Shown in pieces: positions 24,911 through 37,486 of a stretch of 64,000 nucleotides of DNA (the first letter of the stretch is position 1; each line of letters opens with the position of its first letter). The DNA is taken from positions 786,317 through 850,316 of the forward strand of contig RHPI01000260.1 of NCBI GenBank assembly GCA_009103225.1, in the 5' to 3' direction. This DNA is from Chlorokybus atmophyticus. Its lineage: Eukaryota; Plantae; Mesostigma and Chlorokybus algae. Under the pieces are notes generated by a model, which was not told where the DNA came from, made no database searches, and worked only from the letters and a program-made list of their open reading frames with translations. Position numbers and translations under genes: made by a program.

Positions 24911-27900
24911 TCACAACACGTACTGCCTAAAATAAGCCTCGAGCTTTGGGGCGCGATCATACGCAGCAACTTGGCGCTTAAGATGCAGGAAGCTTGAGGT
25001 CAGAATCAACAGCGAAGACAAGCTGAAGTGAACATTGAGGAAACCCGCCAGTGCATACTCGGTGGCCAGAGCAAAGGTGCCCACCAAACCCATCAACACG
25101 CCACCTGGAATGTGGAATGGAATGTGGTGAGACAAGAGCAAGTTGGCAACTCCATGCACACATAAGCAACTGTGCATGTGGACAAGCGCGTGCATATGTA
25201 CACGCACGCACGCACGCACGCATGGGTACCGCGCAATAAGGTGTCGCGCTGCTGCACGGCCATGTATGTAACTGTCTCAAGTCCCGGGCGCACGTTGGGT
25301 ATCCTGGCTTCTATTCTGTGCAGGAAGGAGGACATTGTTGCCGCACTCCTGGCTTTTCCACCCTGAAAATGCAACCGTAATCAGCCAATTATCATGGACA
25401 ACAAGGCTCGTGACCAGTCACGGAAGGTGTGATGGTTGTCTGCAAAGTGGCATAAATCCCGGTACAGATAACTCTCTCACGCACATGCCCAAGCTGATTG
25501 AAGGCAAATAGCAGCACAAAATAGAGGACGTAGTGGAGGCCCGGCACGCTTCCTGGCGGGCTCGGCAGCTCTGGAGACAGCCACCGGACAAGAGGCCGCA
25601 TAGCATCCAGTTCCAAACTGCAGCAACAACATGATGCCATGATGAGCCTTAAATTGAACAGCTTCTAGTTAAGTATGCAAGCTGAGGCTGAAGCGCAGGC
25701 CACCCTTACTAATGCGCAAGCTGGATTGGCAGGGCAGTACACATGCCAGCGTAAATGATGGTGCTCATGCCACCTGCAGCCAGGGTAAAAGGAATGTAAC
25801 CCGTCGGTTCACTCCCGTGCCTGTGACAACATCATTGATAAGACAACCTGCAAGGGCTGCATGCGTATTGGCCAATTGTGCTTTGAGTCACAAAACTCAC
25901 CTGTCTTTTGGCATTGTGTAGTATTCCATAGGCAGGCGGCGTTGTGCGCTGGTTGCCATAATCGCACCAAACAGCGTCACCACAATGCTTGCAACCACGG
26001 CACCCACCTTCAAGGACCCATAAAGCAGAGAGGCTGCGATGCAACATAAGAGGTTGAAATATAGTTAGACAGGTCAGGGCTGCCACGGCCGCAACAGTGT
26101 ACTGCACATGCAATGATTGTTCTTACACGTGCGCCAGGTTTGAAAGACTGTTCCTATGTTCTTCAAAGCTGCTATCACACTCAAGGAAATCATAAGAGAT
26201 TCACCCCGTCCTGTGCCCAAACCCAACCATTAGACTTGTCATATGCATGGAATGCATCATGCTAGCCAACATCAATTAGAGCTGCATGTACCAGTGCACG
26301 TACCCAGCCCGTGATCGGTGATTAACTCGCAAAGCTCCATCAATAGAGTGTGTCCCGCCAACAGCCACAGCGTGCTAACTGCATACGCCCTGAGTCTATA
26401 TGAGAGCCCCCATCGGCACATGCTAAACAATTTAATGCATGGAGCAAGACGTACATGCAGGTGAATGCATACCAGGGACTCTGCTTGCGCATAAATTCTC
26501 TTGCGGAGCGAACCGCGGAGAATGCCATGATGAAGGCCACGACATTGCGCACTTGTTTGCTGCAGTAACATGCAACGTTCAGTCAGTTGAACAACACAAT
26601 GGGCATCGGGCAATGCGTGCACGGCTGCCATCAGATCAAAATATGCACCACACCACTCACAGTTTCCTCATCATCGTCACCGAGTCTTCATTTGCCAGTG
26701 ATGCAAACGATTTGAAGAAAGGTAAGCTCCGTAGATCGTGGGAGGGCACCATTAACAAGAATTGCAGAATAAGGGATGAGACAAACATCGGGGCAATTCC
26801 AAGCTGCATAAAGTTCAGCGGCATGAAGGCGGTGGCCAAATCCAACCTGAACATCTCTACACGCACATACAAGCGGTTACACACGCAATGGTACGCATGG
26901 TACGCATGGGCATTGGACAGAAGCTTCCCTGGCAACAGCATGCAAAAAAAGTGGACTTCACAAGCGCGCTATGTGGGTTCAGCCAGTGCCTAGAAGCACT
27001 ATCCGTGCGTATTGTGTTGGACTCCAACATTATGTGCAAGGCACAAAGTTGATGCAATAATGTGCCTTGACAGCTGAGCAATGCTGACCTCTGTACCACT
27101 CTTCTGGTGCTTGTGGAACAGCGCGTTCGAGATATGTCATGAAGCCCGGCACGGGCACGGCGCGGAGCAGGCGGATGACAACCAGCACGGACAGCGTCAG
27201 CAGGCCCTTGCGCAACACCTCAACCTTGCCGGAGTGAACGCCGTGCACCTCGTCCCGCTTCCTCTGCTTGGGAGGCCTCGCCAACCAATCCCAAAACAAC
27301 TGCACATAATAGAAGATTAGACAACAAGTGCGTGCATGCACAAGTACTCTCAACAAGATAGCACTAAACTGTTGCGGGACCTGTACAGGACTGGGACGGT
27401 ATGGTGGTGGCAAAGGGTGTGCGCTCGCGCAAGCGTGTGTCCTGCATGGCTGTTCTATGCGGCGTTGGTTTTGAGAGTGAAAGGCTGCATGGCGTGGTGA
27501 AAGCGCAGTCCATCTTGGCTGCCGACAGTGAAGGCCTTTACATGCGCTAGTGGCGTGCAGTCCTAGTCCTGCGAAGCAAAATGACATTAAGTATGTTGAA
27601 ACATGCAACCATATACAAACGAGCGAGAATTTGTGCAGGACAACCCAGCATGCAACCAAGCTGGGTTGTCCTGCGCTAGCAGCCAATGTTCGCTTGTTTG
27701 CGCCTATAATCAGCATCTACTACCAAGACTCGTGATTGTGGATGCTGGCTATAGGCTCGACAATTTCAACCCAAATTGCATGCAAGGGGAAATAGACTAG
27801 ACCTGCACATGCTCGCTTGCTCACGACTCTTGGCAGACAGCACTACTTGAAAGCAGCAATCCGATGCTGTTGCTGTGTACAACAACAATGAAATAGATTT

Positions 27901-28166
27901 TGATTAAGAGCATACGCATATTGTACGCACATGTTTAGCAACTACCCTGCCTCACCTTTCAAAGGCTGCTGGCCAATGCTGCTGCTGCAAAGCCTGGAAG
28001 AGGTGTAACTCTTGTGATTGATCGAGATCCCAGTTGTGTGATTATGGACCAACGCAGGTATGAAGCTCAAGTTTCGCTGGCCCGGCAAGCAGGCCAGGCT
28101 GCTGCTGCTGCTGCTGCTGCTATGCGCATGCCAGGCCAGAGAGGAAGCGCCCAACCCCGAGCTCAT
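24911..28166 (-). CDS. SCY2: Plastid preprotein translocase SecY2 (inner-envelope Sec2 system), multi-exon, with a Ser-rich transit peptide
   Basis: RKGLLTLSVLVVIRLLRAVPVPGF (TM1), NFMQLGIAPMFVSSLILQFL (TM2), SAQRRLPMEYY, RIPNVRPGLETVTYM, SLSSLLIL...KRQVAAYDRAPKL. The motifs resemble plant SCY2 more than SCY1. Confidence 0.82.
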
Positions 28167-28772
28167 GCGTGGGGACGCTCGAAAGCAGATAACCACAACC
28201 TAAAATCGACGACAACTACAAAACGACCACAAACAATTAAAACACTAGCATGCAGCAACCGAAGGCAACAACCACGACGACAACAACGCCCACTCCGCCT
28301 CCGCCGCCACACTGCGTACACCGCTGCAAACCAGAGTTTACTGCAAAGCCTTGCTTGCACCAGACTTTGCTCTGTTTCGAGGAATCCTCAAAACCGTCGT
28401 TTGGCACACTCTGAAACGTCTAAGCTTTCTGCGTGAAACCCCTTTTCAGGCTGCGAGCTTGACCGAAGCGTTTCTAGGACGCAACTTGAAACGTTATCGA
28501 GGCAAAATGCAGACAGCAGCTGTGCAGAGATATTTGCCTTGTGTTGCATTGCTTTGGCGGAAAGGTTGTTGAAGGCATGGTCGGCGTGGTTGTAGTCTGA
28601 GCCGGGGAGGGCATTGGTGTGGTTAGGTTTGGTGCTAGGCGTCGTGGAGCGGCCGTCGGTGAAGCGCACGAGCGGCAGCTGCTGCAGCTGCTCCAGCTGC
28701 CTGCTGAGCTCGCTGCAGAGGGCGCGGCTGGTGTGGAAACTGCGCCGCCAGGGTTTTGGCCACCCTGCTGAC

Positions 28773-30192
28773 ATGTCATCAAGACACGGCGCCGTAAGGC
28801 TAGAACGGTGAGTGGATGTGTGGCCCTCACTGAATGTTGTGCTACGCCTGCATTTGGTAGTCACCAACCTTGCTAATACTGTGCCGGCTTGATCTGTGAT
28901 CTGTGGTCGTGGTCGTTGAATTGTTGCATCGCTGGATGTAACGTACTTCATTGCCTATTTGCTCATGTACTTCAAGGGCATCTACTTCTTTACTTTTTTA
29001 CTGAATTTTCGTTAAATTTCAATCATTTACTTCAAGGGCACAACCTCACTTCTTCTGTGTGTTTTTGGACTTCTGAAAACCCGACAAAGGTGCACCTTCT
29101 CACACAGCTTGATGGTGCACATATGTGCGCTTCCAAGCCTCCAATGCGCTTTAAATCTTAACCAGCTGGAATGCTGCTTGTGTGCATGTGCGTGTGCGTA
29201 GTCGATTTTTACACTTAGAGCTTGTTTCAGCGGAGCTTGTAAAACTAGGTTGTAAACGCTAGAGACACTGCTAACAGCTGCTTGATTACTCATTATTATC
29301 ATGCACTTGCGTTGCACACGCGTATGCTTTCGTACAGTGTTGTGACAAAGTTTGCACTTGACAGCACTGCAGATGAGCCAGGCGCCAGAAAAGCGCAGGA
29401 GAGAGCACCAGAACAGAATCAGCACATGGATGGAGACAGTCAACAGGACAGCGGCACGCCAAGCACAAGCGAACCCAGCAACGGACCCTTTGTAAACACA
29501 GGTAGTGTGTGTGTACCTCATTTTCGTTCCAAGCATAAAAAGACTTGCTCCATAAACCTACGCCAGCTAGCAAGGGTGTGCACTTACCTGATTTGACAAG
29601 GAATTCAGTGTGAGACAAGAATTGTACACTGTGCTAATCTGTGGAGGGGTTGTGTGCAGCGCTTGACACGTGGAATGAGCGAAGACGGTTGTGGACCACC
29701 TCCACAAGCACACCTAGTAAAGCACCGCCTCGCAGGCCAGTGTTAAGGTGCACTCCCCTCTTATGCGTGTTTACGTGCCTGCGTGGTGCCACACAGGCAC
29801 GCAGACATATACTATATTCATATCACCTTAGCATCTTCTCTCTCGTGTGCCTACCCTGAGGCCGACACGCTTTGATGCGGTATCAACATCAACATGTGTT
29901 GTCCTGTGACAGTTCTGGAGTTACTTATGATGACATCCTTACAAGCAGTCGCCCCTTTCAACAACGAATACCTTTACCGGTAAGCCGCCGTCATTGCTTG
30001 CCACCACTGTCTCGGGTTGGGTGCTGGGATGGCATGCAACATCTGGTTGTTGCCCGTTGCTGTGTATGGGACAACATTGTGGACAAATCTGCATGCTGCT
30101 CGAGCTGCATAGTAATCGTGATTGCGGTTGCTGCGCAGGAGATGGTAGACTTCTTAGTCGATTGTTGGGATCACGAAGGTTTGTTCAATTGA
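28773..30192 (+). CDS. DUF4050-family protein, multi-exon (start uncertain; frame open from about 28596)
   Basis: FVNT|ALDTWNERRRLW, TYDDILTSSRPFQQRIPLP|EMVDFLVDCWDHEGLFN-TGA, with compatible exon phases. Confidence 0.85.
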
Positions 30193-30459
30193 CACTAGCC
30201 GTTTTTACTGTTAGCAACTGCTGGTTGCAGTTCAGCTGTGGTCAATCACCTTTGTATAATTGGAGGTAGTCTCTCAGTTCCTTGTCAGTAGCCAGTTTGC
30301 ACTGGCTGAGTTAAGTCTACTGTAAGAGAGGTAGCGCAACCTTTGCGCTTGTTCTGGTGCTCTCTACGTCGACTGTATGTATGATTTGCGTAGATCTCAA
30401 TGGCCATAGCAACATGCAGATGTTGCATGTTTACACATTACTTAATGGGCACTGACCTC

Positions 30460-33400
30460 ACTTCAAGACTTAAAGCTGTCATAAGAGACCGCTACAAGGC
30501 GATGCATCCAGCTACAGATGGAAACACAAAACAATAGCATGTGCTGCTGCGTATGTGACAACATGTGGCAGCAACTGGAGGGTCGCTGTTGGTCATACAC
30601 AACAGCGAGGAGGGCAACTTCAAGCTGAGATCCACCGTGGTGGATACCATTCTGACTGTCAACAAGCATTTGCCTCCCAACATGGCTGCAGCAGCTGTTC
30701 ATCAACCCATCTGAAGCCTTAACATCAGGCTCAGGCATGGCGCTGCACAAGTCAAACCCATCTGCCTTATTGACAATGTACATCAAGCATGGCCTGCTTG
30801 TGGAGGCTGCGACACTTGCAATTGGCTATCTCAATGTCTGGTTGGAGAACCCAACTTGCAGAAAAATAAAATGTTGCCGTGTGGTGGCCACAAGCTTTAT
30901 TCGACAAGCTTAGATATGGGCTCAAAGAGGCTGCCAGCAGCGATGATGATGCTTCCAGCGCTGGCGCAGATGAATACCGTTCACTGCACAATAGGCTGGT
31001 TGAAGTACTAGAAGTCCACAAGATCCAGACGCAGCGGAATCTACATGTGTTGAGACAACCGCAGTTGCAGTTGGCTGCAGTTAGGTGAGTGACTCATCGT
31101 GGCTTTGCTCGACTCCTAGCAGCATAGTTATCCAACTTATCCAACGCCTGTCTCAGCGTGGTAGGTTGGGTGTGCAGTTGAAGTTCAGCATCTGCTCTGC
31201 TAATGTATATGCTTTGCATAGGCCTGTGCTGTTGTTTGTGCTCTTGTGCACAAAGCCTGAGGATGTTGATGTTACCGAGGATGAGGATGTTGATGTTGCC
31301 GTCTCATGGCTAGACACCCACGGGTGGGTCTGCGGTGATGCGCTGCAACTGCAACACATAGGACACAAACTGTAAGCACAGCAGCTACAAGCAAGACAAA
31401 GCTATCCAGATGGTCAACACTTGCACACGGGACAAGCAATCAATCGGGCTGGAGTGGTGAGTCACGCCTCAACCATTGCCAACACAACGTATACACCGCA
31501 TCATAAGCAAGTCAGCAGCTTCTGACCACCAAGGTATTAGCAGCTATCTGTCTTGGTGCTGGCGGCACACCCGTGCAGCATATTGTGTTGCGAAAAAAGC
31601 ACATACCGATAGTGGAGATGACGAGCGAGTCAGCACGTCATGCATACAGCATATATGACATGCCGTTGTGCAAACGCAACACCATGCCACATGCACACCA
31701 CTCAAGCAACGCATGCACTATTATACACCTGACCAAGTAGTGTAATGTTGGCATAGCAGTGTGCAGTCAGTAACATACAGGCTGTGAACAGCTAAGGCAT
31801 GCGTGTGCCAGGAAGCACATCCCAACATCAATCACAAGCCAGCACACGCTGCACAGCATTCCCACATGTAAACAACCAAAGAGAATAACTTAAGATCCAT
31901 CGTTTCCAGTGCTCGCTTGCACTGTCTGTACAGCACTTGGCGCCATGCATGTTCTACATTTGGTGCCAGGCATGGCCAACCACCACTGAAACTGCTTCCA
32001 TTTGACCTTAGCGCCATAAGCCTTGACGCTATGCAACATAAGAGAGCGCCAAAGTTATGTCATTCAACTGATGTGATGTCCCTTTCTCAGTCCGCCATGT
32101 GTACGTCCGTGCTCTGCAACTTTTGCCCACACAAACGAGTAAGACACTCATGACGCGCGTGTGCCCGTTATCACGGTCACAGCAGGAACAACATGAATTG
32201 CACATGGACGTGTTGTTATACCAGTGTGTTCAGAGGCACGACGGGCCGCTTGCGCCGTAGCCTCTCTGTTTTCTGCGCAACCTGACACACGCAAAGAACT
32301 GTTTAGGACTGCTAACAACAAACAGTGCACATACCGCAACAAAGAGAGTGTGTTTCTAAACTGAAGGCCTGATAACGTAGAAGCATGGACACTTTACTAT
32401 GTGCTGCATGGCTCACCTGAACACGCGTGCCACCGGTGGGTTGTCGCTGTTTGCCAACTGGATGCCTGCATGATGAAGCATGAGCAACATGTTCATGACA
32501 GACAGCGGCTACTGCATGTGTTGTCATAACAATGACAAATCTGTGGCGCATGTACCTTTGATGCAGTGCCGGCTTCCTTAAAGGTACGCCTTGGGGCTGA
32601 AAAACCCCAAAATCAAAACACGTGATGACAAACCAACGCCACATGTGACTTATGTATGCGTGCGCGCACGCGAGCGTGTGTGTTTATGTGCGCATGTGCG
32701 TGTGTGTGTGCGTCAGTGATTACCTTATTCGCTGCCATCTGTCTCAAGACTCTCACGGGCATCGAGACCGCCTCAGGAACAGCTTGCGATGGTTCTGTTA
32801 GCATAGCATAACAACAAGTTGAACATCATCGACACAGACACAACAAAGCAAGCCAACAGATATGTCACACAGGTACGTGCAGAACAGTGCATGACACCAC
32901 AGCAACACGCTGATCAACCCCACACTCACCTGTTGGGAAGAGCGCGCGTCTGTTGTGCATGAGCTCGTAGCACAGGTAGTGTATGTGGTTGTCATCGCGT
33001 GCATCAAAGGCTTTGTCATCGCTTTGTCGAAACACCTGGTGCACGCAGTCCTGGACAACACGCCGTACGAAGGCCACGAGCGGGAGCCAACATGGGTCAC
33101 GCACGCACGCATGCACGCTGCGCTTCATCCGGGAAGGCAAGTCACCGTAGAAGGTGGCCTCCTCGCCGGGTTCGCACGGCTCATTGTTGACATTGTCACA
33201 ACCCTCGTGTAACATGTCGCTGATGTCATCATCATCGTCGTCATCATCAACAACATCAGCGTGTTCTTGCGCGTGTGCTCCTTCGACACCTTCTGCTTCT
33301 TCCATGTTGTGTGCCGCGTGCTGCAAAGTGTTTCATGGATGAAGATCGTGGGAGTGCATGCAAGTGGGGAGTGCAGCACGACAAAATGCACGTGGTTAAT

Positions 33401-34653
33401 GTTCATTGACACATGTGCTCATAATGATGGTACCTCTTGTTCAGCGCTCCGCACTCTCTTCATGCTCGTGCATTCGTCAAAGTCGTCATCTTCGCCCTTG
33501 CGCTTATCGCGCAGTACTATAAACCTGCCTGTTTCGTCTGCAACCATAGCTTGTCAATGGCATGCACCACATCAAGAGTGCGTGTATGTGTGCGTGTGCA
33601 CATACGTGCGGGGTGGGTGTCCACATGCTGGCGCACATACGCGTGCGCATGCGTGTGTGCATGTGTGTGGTTGTGTGCGCACATGTACATGTGTGTGCAT
33701 GCTTGTGTTTACCTGCTTTGAGCACAAAACTGACAGCAACTGAGCCCTCCAGCTGTCCTCTATACACGCGCCTTTCTTCCGAAAACTCCATCAACTCGGC
33801 AAACGCTACCCACAACTGGGGCAGATTCTGCCTATCAGCATCTGGGGCAAAGCAGCCCATGTCAACAATAGCACCTGCATGAGACATATGAATGCAAAAC
33901 TTACTTGTATTTGTGCAATGCTTACCTACTGCCCATGCCCAGTTGGAGAAGACGCGGCACATGGAAGTGAACCACCGCGCTGTGTCGTATGTGGGGAAGT
34001 TGTGAGCGTACTGCGCGTTGACACTGCTTTGGGCGCGAACGTGATGGCGAGCCAACCGATCACGCACCTAAATGAGTGAATGAGTGAGTGAGTGAGCGAG
34101 TGAGAGAGTGAGTGAGTGAGTGAGTGAGTGTGAGAGAGAGCGAGTGAGTGAGTGAATGAGTGAACGATTGGGTACATGCATGAGTCGACGACGGTGTGAA
34201 TCAGTGGGTGAGTGCGTGAGTGAGTGAGCAAAAGGGTTGGTTGTGGTGTTGCTGGTTGCCACAGTGGATGCATGCTGTTGCTGCAAAGCTCACCAGCGCA
34301 ACAGGCATCCATGCACATCCTCGTCTGGTACTTAGCCTGACCGCCGCCTGCTCCAGCTCACCCACGAAGGCGGCGTCGCCCAAGGCCCTGAGGAGGAGTA
34401 CCTCCGGACTGAGAGGGTTGGTGTCGTCGGCATGGGGCGCGGCGGCGGCGGAGGGGCCAGCAGCTTGGCCAGCAGCTTCGGGGGCGGCGGCGGTGGTGGT
34501 GGTGGTGGCAGGTGCGGCGCCGCCGTCATGGACAGCCACCAGCGCCAGGTTGGGGTTTGACTCCTCAGCGGCGGCAGCGGTGGGAGGAGGAGCAATGCGG
34601 GAGCGCAGCCTGGGTGCCCTGATGATCGCCGGCCTGGGCCTGGTTCTGTTCAT
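30460..34653 (-). CDS. Uncharacterised multi-exon protein (3' end uncertain)
   Basis: GC-rich first exon MNRTRPRP..., then at least six in-frame GT-AG exons (VRDRLARHH...; GAIVDMGCFAPD...; DETGRFIVLRD...; an acidic DDDD tract; DCVHQVFRQ...). No domain recognised. Confidence 0.55.
34070..34230. repeat. (GAGT)n-type tetranucleotide repeat in an intron
   Basis: Directly visible degenerate GAGT/GTGA array. Confidence 0.9.
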
Positions 34654-34944
34654 GGCTAAGCTGAGCTCCTATGCGCCTTTATTCTCCTTTACAGCCGGCA
34701 GAGGAAGTCCCCTAACTCCCTACTCGCCTGTCTTAATCACCTCCTCCTCCTCGTCCTCCTGCTCCTCCTTCTCCTCCGCCGCCGCCGCCGCCGCCAACGA
34801 CAGCAACGCAGCATGAATGTAAGCAAGTGAGAAAAGGCGCTCCCCGCCAAACAGCTTTGAATATTTGAACAAGACACTTGCAGAAAACGGATTGAACCAA
34901 TCAGTCCGAACCGAACGGAGAGAAACATCAATAAGACCGCTGCA

Positions 34945-34956
34945 TTAGGGTTAGGG
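34945..34956. promoter_or_regulatory. TTAGGGTTAGGG telomere-like/telo-box motif in a divergent promoter
   Basis: Two tandem TTAGGG units between the starts of the unknown gene and PPAT. Function is inferred only. Confidence 0.3.
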
Positions 34957-35209
34957 CAGTGCTGATTCACTCATGTCATGTCCTCAAATCAAGCGGGACT
35001 TGCTGCAGCCCAGTGCCTTTTAGGGCTCTGCTTGGGACCGCCATGACATTCTGAACATCCGGCATCGGGACGTGGTGACGTGGCGGGCAGCGCTGGCGGC
35101 GGCGGCGGGGTCATGGTTGAGGGCGGCGGGATCTGCTCCCGTGGCTCTCAGGACAGGGTGGAGGCATAGGGGTGCGTGCGCCAGGGCGGAGCTGAGGGCG
35201 TACCGTAGG

Positions 35210-36454
35210 ATGGCCGCTGCCGCTGAAGGCGAAGGAGAGACGCTCATGCAACGGTTCAGCCATGACCCTGCTTTGAAGGTGAGTGCTGTGTGTTGAAGCA
35301 CACACGAGAAGCTTGCAATTTATTCCCCCCTTGTATGTTGCACAGTTGTTTGGGCTGCATTGTGTTCACGGTAACACTCATGAGTCACAGTCGAGCACAG
35401 GTCCGATGCAGTTGTCATGTCATTTCGCTGCATGGTAACCCAGCTTCTGCATGGCTGCATAGCACAACGGCTCTCTCATCTTTCTCTGTGATGTTGCCTG
35501 CATCCTGTTGTCATGGCATGCTGTGCATGCATTATTGTAATTATTGTAAACGATAGCAACCCGCATGTTACTACATGGCCGACGATACTCTCTTTCCTCG
35601 AAGCCCCGTGTTTGCTCTTGGCCAGTGCTACCAACACAGCGCTGCACACAATTAGTTCATGCATGCTGCCTTTGGTTCCAGGACAGGTTTTCTATCGTGG
35701 TGTTGGGCGGCACATTCGACCGCCTTCACGACGGACACAAGGTGCTGCTCGACGCTGCAGCGTTCGTCGCAAGAGAGCGAGTCAGCGTGGGCGTGACGGA
35801 CGCGAGCATGCTGAAGAACAAGAAGTATGCTGAGCTTATCCAGTCCATTGAGGTGAGCGTGAATGTGCAAACGTGTGAGCGTGAGCCTGAGCCTGAATGC
35901 AAGTGCGAAGACCAAGAGTGCAAGAGTGCGTGACTGTGTGTGTGTGTGTGCATGTGTCAAGTTGTTTGTAATGCAGGTTAGGAAGCAGGCTGTGGTTGAT
36001 TATGTAGAGTCGATCAAGTCCGGCATTGCTGTTGATGCAGTCCCGATATCCGATCCCTTCGGGCAGTCTATCGAGGAGCCGTCCATAGAGGCTATTGTGG
36101 TGAGTGAGGGTACAGAGAGCTCAATTTGCGATTGGGTTTTTTATTATGGCTTGTTGTCTTGTCTGTCACGCAAGGTCAGCCGAGAGACTGAAGCGGGAGG
36201 CTTGGCAGTGAACGAGAAGAGAAAGGAGAGAGGCCTGAACCCGCTGCAGGTAGGGGCTCATTGTTGGTCATGTGCGTGCGTTGCTACGACCAGGCGTGTG
36301 CCTTGACATTTTAATGCATGCAACCTGTCGTCTGTGGTCGTTGCAGATTGTTTCCGTGGACCTTATTGACGACACGCATATACCGTCTGAGAAAATGAGC
36401 TCCACGCTGCTTCGACAGCGCGAAGCTGAAGCCAAGGCCTCTGCGGGCAGGTGA
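35210..36454 (+). CDS. COAD: Phosphopantetheine adenylyltransferase (eukaryote-type CoaD)
   Basis: [18 protein letters not shown] (HxGH), [19 protein letters not shown]|[17 protein letters not shown]. Confidence 0.93.
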
Positions 36455-37486
36455 CAAGCTGATTTGGAGTACGTAAAGCAAACACGACCAAGAACCCTCA
36501 GATATGTGAATTGGAAAGTCAGTAGTGCACTATGTCCTGTGCAATTTGCTGATATGTGTATGTTACTTTTGACGCCTTTAGCCCAGTAGTCGTTGGAGGC
36601 GATTGGCAGGTAGCAAGTTAGTGGGCTGTATACTAGGGCTATCTGTAGCTTGTATTCATGTTTGTTCATCCCAGCCTCCGCGATATGCAGATAATTGGCG
36701 GGGATGGGGAAGACATATGCTGTGCGCGGTTGCTGCACGCACTTCTTTTTTGTGCCTGCTTACCATGTGATACATGCATTACAACTTGCTTGTCAGCTGG
36801 CAAGTCAACAAGACGGTCACCACCATTGTCTATCAATACACAATAGTTTTGGAGATCTATGTACTCACAAACAGCAGCTGATGCACCAGCATCTGGTAAT
36901 CGAAGTCTACTGACAACATGTTGTGGTTGTGCTGTGTGTGGTGTGTATGCCGCTTGTGGACGACAGACCAGCAAATTGCAGAACAGCTTATGCGCCTGCT
37001 GGCCTAAGCGGCTGCTTCTAACAGCATGCCATGTATAGGGTATGAGTCATATCTGCAAGAATGCAAGCAAGCACGCAGTCCGTGCTCACAGCTGCCAATA
37101 GTCACAGTCACACACAAGCTAGCAAGCAAGGCAATACACTTACATCACACCCGGGGCCAATCTACCACTGTAACCTATGTGCAATGCCGTTGGTGAAGCA
37201 GGCAGCTGTAGCGACAGCAAACACCAATCAACCAACCCGAGTGCACAAGTGTAGGCACAGTTAGCGGTGAAGTAGAGGCTTTGGTGTAGGCGCACAGCAA
37301 GGACGTGTGATGTGGTGTGTGTGATGGATGTATGTGAAGCCTGCAATGCAAGCTGAGCTCTGAGAAAGCTGTAAGTTAGTGGCAACTTGATGGCAATGCC
37401 AGAATTGACACTGTGCAATGGAGACCTGAGATTCACCACGTGCAGGCACAGCAACACAACAAGCATGAAGTATCCAGAGCTAACCC

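Noticed and set aside
28577-28772. Upstream out-of-frame ATG and ATG-less Cys-rich extension of DUF4050
   Set aside because: A downstream in-frame ATG exists at 28773 and repairing the frame does not give a convincing peptide. It cannot be resolved without transcripts.
28388-28951. Minus-strand ORF with a mitochondrial-presequence-like start (MSAGWPKPWRRSFHTSR)
   Set aside because: It is antisense to the GC-rich first exon of DUF4050 and has no splice chain or domain support.
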